Position numbers and translations under genes: made by a program
Source: Eledone cirrhosa
Lineage: Eukaryota
NCBI GenBank assembly: GCA_964016885.1
Contig: OZ024758.1
Location: forward strand, 23,560,001 to 23,624,000
Direction: 5' to 3'
DNA: 64,000 bases
In this document: positions 53,621 to 64,000 of the stretch, piece after piece
Layout: each line of letters opens with the position of its first letter
How positions within the stretch are numbered: position 1 is the first letter of the stretch
The notes under the pieces: model-generated
Told to the model about the DNA's origin: nothing
The model's input: only the letters and a program-made list of their open reading frames with translations
The model's database searches: none

Positions 53621-53803
53621 TTGGCAGTATCGGTAGAGGGTCGGACGCCATGCTTTGATGCATAGAGTTACGGCCCTTGCCATTCTGAGTTCAAATCCCG
53701 CCTAGGTTAACTTTGCCTTTCATCCTTACGGGGTCGATAAAATAAAGTACCAGTAATGTACTGGGATAATTGCTGGCCTTGTGCCTAAAGTAGAAACAAT
53801 TAT
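53621..53803 (+). mobile_element. SINE family A, representative full copy
   Basis: More than 20 full or partial copies in both orientations, e.g. 808-970, 15470-15622, 18214-18395, 21526-21701, 23578-23758, 26022-26205, 27270-27453, 31195-31375, 43740-44390, 49063-49241, 57755-57970, 62165-62350. Confidence 0.85.
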
Positions 53804-53852
53804 TTATAGTATACATTTGAAACCACTTATACACACACCCACCCACACACAT

Positions 53853-53983
<131 letters not shown>

Positions 53984-54739
53984 AGCACACACCAGCACAC
54001 ACACCAGCACACACCAGCACACACACCAGCACACACACCAGCACACACCAGCACACACACACACACACACACCAGCACACACACATATACAATGACACTG
54101 ATCTCCTGTTTATCTCTGGTATCAGACAAATCTCTTTTTAATATAGCTGTGTGTGTGTGTGTGAGAGAGAGAAGGTTTGTGTGTGTGTGAGAGAGAGTTT
54201 GTGTGTGTGTGATAGAGATTATAAGTTATTATGATGGAGACTAGTGATCTTTGAAAAAAATTGAAATTCCACCACAGTAATTTATTTTTATCTGTGACTT
54301 TCTCAATACCTCATCTTATATAGCTTCTTCAGAACAATCTCCTTGAAGCTTAGTCACACCCCCTCAAACCACAACACATACTATGTATATTATGTATCAT
54401 CATCATCATCATCATCATCATTTTACGTCCGCTTTTCCCTGTTTGCAAGGGTGGGACGGGAACTGATTCTGGCTTGATTTCTACAGCTGGATACCCTTCC
54501 TAACACCAACCTCATTTACAGTGAGTGCTGGGTGCTTTTTTGCCGTGGTACCTCCACGACCACTTTGCAGTGGAATGATCTCATTTCTATCATCTCATTT
54601 CTACAGCTGAGTAAACTGGAGCAATGTGAAATAAAGTGTCTTGCTCAAGGAAACAACACCTCACTTGGTCTGAGGATTGAACTCACAACCATTTGATTGC
54701 AAGGCCAATGCTCTAACCACTAAGCCATGTGCCTCTATC

Positions 54740-54837
<98 letters not shown>

Positions 54838-55287
54838 GAATTACTCTCTGTTGTTTTTGCCGAGAATAAGTGACATATCCACTACTTTAAAACTCATAGC
54901 AAATGGTCTTCAAAATGTTTTTAATTAAACATATAATATATTGCCAAATATACTATACATGCATTCGTATATATATTTATATCGACAGTCGATCGACTTT
55001 CGTCAAATCAAATCGAGGAAACAATGTTTCCATTGGTCTTTCCAATTGCTAATAGTATCTATCGGTCACAACTCCAAGGTAGAAGGAGCAACGTGAAATA
55101 AAGTGTCTTGCTGAAGGACATAACGCATCACCTGGTCCAGGAATCAAACCCCTCAACCTCACGATTGTGAAGCCAATTCTCGGGTTCAGTTGGAGGTAAC
55201 CACAGTTAGTAAGGTACTCAATAATGCATTAGTAGAGTTTAAACATCAAGTTTAATATAGACATAGCTTCTACAAGACTAGAACTGT

Positions 55288-55322
<35 letters not shown>

Positions 55323-56377
55323 TTTACATCCACTTTTCCCTGCTTGCAAGGGTGGGACAGGAACTGATTCTGGCTTGATTTCTACAGCTGGATGCCCTTC
55401 CTAACACCAACCTTATTTACAGTGAGTGCTGGGTGCTTTTTTGCCGTGGCACCTCCACGGCCACTTTGCAGTGGAATGATAGGGACCCCAGTCCCTATCA
55501 TCTCATTTCTACAGCTGAGTAAACTGGAGCAATGTGAAATAAAGTGTCTTGCTCAAGGAAACAACACATCACCCGGTCTGAGAATTGAACTCACAACCAT
55601 TCGATTGCAAGGCCAATGCTCTAAGCCATGTGCCTCCATTCAAAGAAAATCATCAAGCCGTCTTGATGATTTCTTTTGAATGAAACAGTTCTACGATGAT
55701 GATAGATAAGGTATTATTGCTGCAATGATATGATACCAGGCTACTAACAACATAGTCATAAGTTCACATCTTACTGCAGCCTTTTTGTTGTTAGGTATAT
55801 ATCTGCATGTTAAATAAAATAATAATAATTGTTTCTATATTTGGCACAAGGCCAGCAATTATCTCAGTGCATTACTGGTACCTTATTTTATCGACCCCCG
55901 TAAAGATGAAAGGCAAGTTAACCTCGGCACAAGGCCAGTAATTTGGGGAGAGGGAAAAGTCGATTAAATCGACCCCCCCCCCCCCCCAGTACGTTACTGG
56001 TGCTTGGTGCACTACAACTCATCAAAGGTGCATGTATAGTACGTAGAATAATGTACAAATGTGATGAAAGTGAACAGTGTATGAGTCATGATATACACAC
56101 AGATACATGCGTGCATGTGTATGGAGGGGGAATATCAGGTGTAATGTTGGCAAATTTCAGGAAGCATGGAAGTTCATCTTACTGGTAAGGACAATTTTCA
56201 CCCCCCCCACTTCTCGGTCATGAGATGGTTGAGTGGTTAGCAGTTGGAAAAGTATCCAGCTGTAAAAACAATTGCTCCAACAAAATTTCTACCAGGCATG
56301 GAAAAGATGGATGCTATATTAATATATGTAAATAGACTTCTGGCAATTGCTGTTCCCCAAAGACAAGAATGAACCTA

Positions 56378-56487
<110 letters not shown>

Positions 56488-58122
56488 CGTAAAGGTAACA
56501 GAAATAACAACACAATCAATTGGTACAGTATATGGAAGGAATATATTAGGTTAATGCTTGAAATAGTGGTAAGAGGGTCTTGACATTACGGACGCTAGTC
56601 CTTCATCAGAAGAAAAAATGAGAAATTAGAAAGATTGAAGGGACGGGCGGGGTGGAATTGGAAAAAATGTCTTTAGATAAAAACACACACACACTGTAAA
56701 TGTGGTTGGTGTTAGGAAGGGCATCCAACTGTAGAAAACCCGCCAGACAGTCCTATGCGAGCAAGACAACCACTCTTGCCTCGAGTGGGAAAACTCCCGT
56801 CCAAACCCATGCAAGCGTGGAACATGGACGTTAAACGATGATGATGATGATGGTATATATATGAGAGAGAGAGAAGTGTGCTCATGTGTGGACTTCTTCT
56901 GCTCGTCTCCACAAGAGCGCCAGTTACAAAGCTTGGCTAGATGTGGTTCCGCCACAGCTGAACACATTGCTGCTCTTTCACGTTAAACTCTGCCAAGTCC
57001 AATGCGATGCAGGGGTGTTCCAGCAGGGGGTCATATCAGGAGGTCCTGCGTAGTCTGTGGCTTGATACTGCAGTCACACACAACATTCCCATCCTTTAAA
57101 TATCCTCATTTTACAAGATGAGATGCTACAAAATAGCTTATAAAATAGGGCGAAAGCCCTTAGAGATTGAAGAAGAGGGGTTAATACGTTTAACCCTTTA
57201 GCATTCACATTACTCTATATAAACTATTATATTTTCATGGTAAAGGCTTTACCTCACATAATTATCTCGCATAATATCTCACATAACCTTCACATTACTC
57301 TATATATACTATTATATTTTCATGGTAAAGGCTTTACCTCACATAATATCTCACATAACCTTCACATTACTCTATATATACTATTATATTTTCATGGTAA
57401 AGGCTTTACCTCACATAATATCTCACATAACATTCACATTACTCTATATATACTATTATATTTTCATGGTAAAGGCTTTACCTCACATAATATCTCACAT
57501 AACATTCACATTACTCTACATTTACTATTATATTTTCATGGTAAAGACTTTACCTCACATAATTATTTCACATAATATCGAATCTATGAGATTTTGAAAG
57601 TATTTATTTTGAGAACAATACCTTAACATCAGTATGAGCGACCAGTTACAGCCAGTTTCAACAGAAAGAGGTGAGAGAATTCTGGCCGGTTTTGGCCGGT
57701 TTGAACATTAAAGGGTTAAGTAGAACAAGTAAGCAACATCATAAGTAACAAAATAGGGATTTCTACAATTGGCACAAGACCAACAATATTTTGGGGCACG
57801 GGGAAAGTCGATTAAATCGGCCCCAGTGCATTACTGGTACTTTATTTCATCAATCTCGTAAGGACGAAAGGCAAAGTTAAGATCGGCAGGATTTGAACCC
57901 GGGACGTAAAGGGCCGCGACTCTGTGCTGCTAAGCATGGTGCCCGATGCTCTACCGATTCTACCAATCCACCAACAATAATATAAGGATGTTGTGTGTCT
58001 TGACAATGGATTGAGGTCAGTCTCTGTTGATTGTCTGGATAAATGTTCCGGTTTGAAATTCTGAGAAAATTTATTGAGGAGGGCACAATGGCTGAGGATT
58101 ATGTTAACTAAGGCGAGGACAT

Positions 58123-58169
<47 letters not shown>

Positions 58170-58437
58170 TGCATATATGTGTGTACGTGCATATGTGTGT
58201 GTGTGTGCATATATGTGTGTGTGTGCATATATGTGTATGTATGTGTGTGTGCATTTATATGTGAGCATGTATGTGTGTGTGCATGTGTTTGTGTGTGTGT
58301 GTACGTGCATATGTGTGTGTGTGCATATATGTGTGTGCATGTGTGTATGTGTGTGTGTGTATGTGCTTATGTATGAGTGTGTGAATTTATGTGAGCGTGC
58401 GTGCTTATGTGCCTGTGCATATGTGTGTGTGTGTGTG

Positions 58438-58477
<40 letters not shown>

Positions 58478-58624
58478 CATGTGAGTGCATATACATGTGT
58501 GTGTTGTGCATATGTGTGTGTGTGTGTGTGTGTGCATATATATATATATATATACACATACATGTGAGTGCATATATATGTGTGTATGTATGTGTGTGTG
58601 CATATATATATATACATATATGTG

Positions 58625-58664
<40 letters not shown>

Positions 58665-59272
58665 CATGTGAGTGCATATGTGTGTGTGTGTGCATTGTCA
58701 TCATCAAGTTTGTAATTGTTTTTTTCCATGCTGGCAGTGAGTTGGATGAGACTTGAGGCAGAATTCTATGGTCAGGTGTCCTTCCTGTTCCCAAACCTCA
58801 CTGCTGACCAGTTTATCACCACTTGTGCTAGTCATATCAAATATGAAAAGATAAGACGAGGCAGAAGCAAACATACCCGCATGCACATACCTACACACGC
58901 ACATACACGCATGCACATACCTACACACGCACATACCCACATGCACATACCTACACACGCACATACACGCATGCACATACCTACACACGCACATACCCGC
59001 ATGCACATACCTACACACGCACATACCCGCATGCACATACCTACACACGCACATACCCGCATGCACATACCCACACACGCACATACCCACATACACACAG
59101 TGACACACATATTCCCACACACGCACATAACACACATACATAGTACACACCACCCTCACATACATGTATACGCACACACTCACATACATAGTACACACTC
59201 CTACATGCATAGCACACACACACATGCATGGCACACACACACACACACATATATACATGGCACACATGCATG

Positions 59273-59309
<37 letters not shown>

Positions 59310-59520
59310 TGGCACACACACACATACATGGTACACACAAACACCTACATGGCACACACACATACATGGCACACTAACACTCACATAGTACGCTAACACA
59401 CATACACACACACAGTACACTAACACACACAGTACACTAACACACAGTGTACTCTGTGAGTTAGTGTACTCTGTGTGTTAGTGTACTCTAACTCACATAG
59501 TACACTAACTCACATAGTAT

Positions 59521-59563
<43 letters not shown>

Positions 59564-61223
59564 CATGTATATAGCATATATTTATAACAATATACATAAC
59601 TATATAGACTGCCCTCCCAGTGTACAATGCTATTTAGTAAGGTGTTAATAACAGTATTACCTATGTTATTAATGATTTCATTTCCTCTTTACTCATTTCA
59701 CTACGTTACTACCTGTTATTTTCTCTCGAAATACATTCTCTGGTGTCACCAACATTGTTTAGTGCTGCTTGTCTTTAGGTAAATGTCTCCTGTTCTTGTT
59801 TGTATTAATGCATCATCCTGTGTATACAGGGCCAACCCAGAGAGAGCCTCTACATGCTCACTCAATTTGTTAGTAAAAGTAGTCAAATTTCCTTGAATTC
59901 ACTGCCTACTTTCTTAACCCTTCAGCATTTACATTACTCTATATATACTATTGTATTTTCATGGTAAAGGCTTTATCTCACATAGTATGGAATCTACGAG
60001 ATTTTGATATTATTTATTTTGACAACAATACCTTAACCCTTTAGCATTTACATTACTCTATTTCTACTTTGGTGATATATTTTGATTTTTGAGTTAATGT
60101 TATAATTCTTTCTTTTGGCTCTGATGACAGCACTAAATCACCCATTTATTTTCACTGTACGGATATCGATTTTTGATAGGTATTATGGAGGCACATGGCT
60201 TAGTGGTTAGAGCACTGGCATTGCAATCGAAAGGTTGTGAGTTCAATTCTCAGACCGGGTGATGTGTTGTTTCCTTGAGCAAGACACTTTATTTCACATT
60301 GCTCCAGTTTACTCAGCTGTAGAAATGAGATGATAGGGACTGGGGTCCATATCATTCCACTGTAAAGTGGTCGTGGAGGTGCCACGGCAAAAAAGCACCC
60401 AGCACTCACTGTAAATGAGGTTGGTGTTAGGAAGGGCATCCAGCTGTAGAGATCAAGCCAGAATCAGTTCCCGTCCCACTCTTGCAAGCAGGGAAAAGCG
60501 GGCGTAAAATGAAATGAACTACAACTGTACATTCTTCTACTAAAAGTTCTAGTTATAATGTTTTAGGCTACTGTATGCTTATATATGCTTACACTACTTT
60601 TTACCATTAGTGTATTCTATTTACAGAATGTGTGGTCTATTTCACTACTCATTATAACAATATAGTTCACCTTCCATCACCTTCTACCATTATCATGCTT
60701 GCTATAATCTTCTGCTTCTCTCTATGTATATACTACTGTTAACATGGCACTCTATTTCCATTACTCCTGCGTCACTATAGTAAACCCCACCACCTGTATG
60801 TTTAAGGGTCAAATTCTCATTAAAGGGGAGTACTTTTTCCAGCTCTTTGCACTCTGAGTTTGAATCCCACTGAAGTCAACTTTGTCTTTTATCCTTTTTA
60901 GGGTTGATAAAATAAAGTATCAGTCTTGGATGGTGGCTTGGTAGAATTGTTAGAGTATCGGATGAAATACCTTGCAGTATTTGTTCAGGCTTTGTTTTTT
61001 GGCTCTTTGCATTCTGAGTTCAAATCCTGCTGCAGTTTACTTGGGTGGTGGCCTTAATCTGTTACCTGGTTTAACATCACCCTCACCACCTGGCTCTTGT
61101 GTGCTTTTAGCAGAGTCCACTTTGTTGCAAACATGCAGATCAGGCTTCTGGTTTGAGGATACCTCCTTCCTATTAATTTCAGAAACTCTAAAAAGGATCC
61201 CTCCCTGACTAAACAGTGACAAA

Positions 61224-61273
<50 letters not shown>

Positions 61274-61472
61274 TAGTATATCTACCAACATATGTATACA
61301 GATGTATACCCATGCTAGCAAATATATATGTTATTTCTTAGTACCTTTGTGGTTCTATGCAGGGGGATGCAGAACAATTATATGAAAGATGTAAAATAAG
61401 AAAATTTTGAGTGCAATGTCAACTCTGGATGTCGGTGAGCATGTCCAGCTAACCTCAGTCTCCCCGGTGTCA

Positions 61473-61507
<35 letters not shown>

Positions 61508-62507
61508 GTTAACATATACATAAAGTTATAGATATATATATGTTGTTGCAACTGTTCACTTTTAAGATGTTGGATAAATACTCGCCGGGGGCCGCCGCGA
61601 AGAGGCTACGTTCGGTTATTTGTTGGAGATTTCCCCATAAGAGCATTTATTCTTATAGCTTGTTCTGATTGATTTTTTTATATGGTTAATTATGCTAATT
61701 AGAAGAAGAAATAGTATATATTTTATTATCTGATGATTCTAAAGACATGATATATATATATATATCATCATCATCATCATCAACGTTTAACGTCCGTGTT
61801 CCACGCTTGCATGGGTTTGGACGGGGGTAGTCCCACTTGAGGCAAGAGTGGTTGTCTTGCTCGCATAGGACTGTCTGGCAGGTTTTCTACAGTTGGATGC
61901 CCTTCCTAACACCAACCACATTTACAGTGTGGGTCTGGGAGGTTTTTACCGTGTTGCCTACACGGCCACATTACAGCGTGGACTGTGTGTTTTTTTGTCG
62001 TGACACCTACACGATCTCATTTGTTTCGGCCTGGATGGCGCGGCACCAACATAACTTTACATAGAACGGGGTGGTGTGGATGGGGTGGGGGTGGTGGTGG
62101 TGGGACGGGGTGTATTTTGTTAGAGATGCCTACTGGCTGGAGTAGGTTTTACTATATATAATAAGAATGTTTCTACTTTTGGCACAAGGCCAGCAATTAT
62201 CCCAGTGAATTACTGGTACTTTATTTTATCTAGCTTGTAAGGATGAAAGGCAAAGTTAACCTCGGTGGGATTTGAACTCAGAACGCAAAGCGCGGTAACT
62301 CCATGTTGCAAAGCATGGTGTCCAACCCTCTACCGATTCTGCCAATTCACCGCCTATATATAATAATATTACAGGCAAACTTGACATGATTGTGCTGGTA
62401 AGGTGGAGCCTAAAGTAGGTGACTAAGAAATGCTGGAGTCAGTCATTATCGTTAGATATTAGGAGACTAGTACTTCAAATTAGTAATTAATGACTGTCTT
62501 TTAATAT

Positions 62508-62708
62508 ACGAGGATTGGCTGAAAAGTTCATTGGCCGACTAAGAGACTCTCATGGAATGACCAAATGAGGTTTATTTTTCAACATAGTCCCTGGAAAGAA
62601 ACAATTCAGTTATTAATAAGAAGAGTTGAAATTAATGCATGCAAGATTTCACAGCTCTAGCATCACTCCTTCATAGTCACCCTATGAACCTTTCAGCTGA
62701 TTTTGTAT
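62508..62708. mobile_element. Mariner-like MITE (relatives at 22710-22835 and 23098-23430)
   Basis: TA-CGAGGATTGGCTGAAAAGTTCAT ... ATGAACCTTTCAGCTGATTTTG-TA imperfect TIRs. Confidence 0.6.
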
Positions 62709-62889
62709 TTTTGTGGTTAAGGGCGATGGGCTGGCAGAATTGGGAGACAACCATCAACTTGCAGCTGTTCAAGAAGGGCATGAACTGCATGAATATCACA
62801 TGTCTCAGAAAATTTGGGTCCAGACAAACCGCTAGGAAGGGAAAAGAAGGGTTCTCCACCATATAGTCTAAGTCTAAAGTCTGTCTTAA

Positions 62890-63155
62890 GCCAGAAGGCT
62901 CATTTGGCTGGTGCTTATCCCGGTTTCATGGCGTGAAGCGACTGAGAGTACAAGACTCCCCCCCTGGACAGGACGCCAGTCAATCGCAGGGTTAATCCTC
63001 CAGCTATTGCTGGTACTCATTTTCAGCTGAGTAAACTGGAGCAACGTGAAATAAAGTGTCTTGCTCAAGGAAACAACACATCACCCGGTCCAAGAATTGA
63101 ACTCACAACCTTACGATTGCAAGCCCAATGCTCTCATCACTAAGCCATGCGCCTT
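62890..63155 (-). mobile_element. SINE sharing the family-B head and CORE-like box but with a different 3' half
   Basis: Similar to family B up to CTCAGCTGAAAATGAG, then diverges (TACCAGCAATAGCTGG..GACTGGCGTCCTGTCCAGGGGGG..GAAACCGGGATAAGC). Confidence 0.7.
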
Positions 63156-63389
63156 CACCCACCATATAGTAAAATATCTATTGAAATGATGAGAATGGAA
63201 ATGGTTTTCATCTAACTGAAGAATAAGCATCTCTTCTTCACACACTTATTCCTGAGCGGGTTGTGGGCGCAGACCTCAACAGAGTCCTCAGTCCTTCCAA
63301 CAGGTCCTGTCAGAAGCAACCATTAAAAGCTTTGTAACTGACACTTGTAGATATGACAAGAAGAAAGAATATTACGTGAGATATTACAT

Positions 63390-63728
63390 GGAGGCACATG
63401 GCTGAGTGGTTAGAGCATTGGCCTTGCAATCGAAAGGTTGTGAGTTCAATTCTCAGACCGGGTGATGTGTTGTTTCCTTGAGCAAGACACTTTATTTCAC
63501 ATTGCTCCAGTTTACTCAGCTGTAGAAATGAGATGATAGGGACTGGGGTCCCTATCATTCCACTGCAAAGTGGTTGTGGAGGTGCCACGGCAAAAAAGCA
63601 CCCAGCACTCACTGTAAATGAGGTTGGTGTTAGGAAGGGCATCCAGCTGTAGAAATCAAGCCAGAATCAGTTCCCGTCCCACCCTTGTAAGCAGGGGAAA
63701 AGCGGACGTAAAATGATGATGATGATGA
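63390..63728 (+). mobile_element. tRNA-derived SINE family B (CORE-like box, (ATG)n tail), representative copy
   Basis: A-box TGGCTGAGTGG, B-box GAGTTCAATTC, CORE-like CCTTGAGCAAGACACTT. Highly similar copies: + 15919-16272, 30542-30885, 38511-38855, 60187-60515; - 19240-19680, 25676-26005, 37643-37950, 46068-47085, 50400-50782, 54397-54735, 55289-55637. Source of the recurrent MPFLTPTSFTV.. pseudo-ORF. Confidence 0.85.
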
Positions 63729-64000
63729 AATGATGATAATTACTATTAAAATACAATAGTATATATAGAGTAATGTAAATAGTAAAGGGTTAATCCCCAG
63801 TGATAATTTACGTCATTCTCAAAGCTCAGGTTGGAAAGGTGAACATGCCCAAGGCTAAAAACTATTGTAAATTATATTTTGATTTAGTCATTGACCAAAG
63901 TATGAAGGGTGTTTCCTGTTTATCTGTTAGTATCACAGAAGCAAATACTGTTACTAATGGAAAGATAGTAACTAGAGCTTATTGCCAAGTCACGGTAATC

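Noticed and set aside
52671-53636. Long YI/CV/HT ORFs here and throughout the window
   Set aside because: Dinucleotide microsatellite artefacts.
60119-60165. Isolated CTGATGA motifs here and near 61731
   Set aside because: No stem II or GAAA partner at suitable spacing.
63390-63465. tRNA genes
   Set aside because: A- and B-boxes belong to SINE heads; no complete cloverleaf with acceptor stem, and each continues into a SINE body.

Overview
AT-rich eukaryotic (animal) genomic DNA, not prokaryotic. The dense (TA)n/(CA)n/(CAT)n microsatellites, tRNA-derived SINEs and very long introns resemble coleoid cephalopod (octopus-like) DNA; this taxon call is inference. Almost all ORFs in the supplied track are microsatellite or repeat artefacts. 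One host gene is supported on the + strand. It has a low-complexity first coding exon (3431-4032) and a phase-compatible exon (41622-41997) that ends in PIIGYETMEQRARFT, the start of the SNX16-type PX domain. They are separated by a ~37.6 kb intron, and no further exon was found in the window. The rest is a transposon mosaic: at least three SINE families, RTE/CRE/Tx1 LINE fragments, piggyBac-, hAT-, pogo- and mariner-type MITEs, and Penelope-like fold-back elements. Most notable signals: (1) a family of minimal type-I hammerhead ribozymes with co-varying stem II and an invariant C.C mismatch, often paired with their own antisense copy; (2) a triplicated 73-nt two-hairpin element just upstream of the start codon carrying a compensatory base-pair change; (3) two Tx1-like LINE ends inserted at the same 16-bp site inside a Penelope-like repeat.
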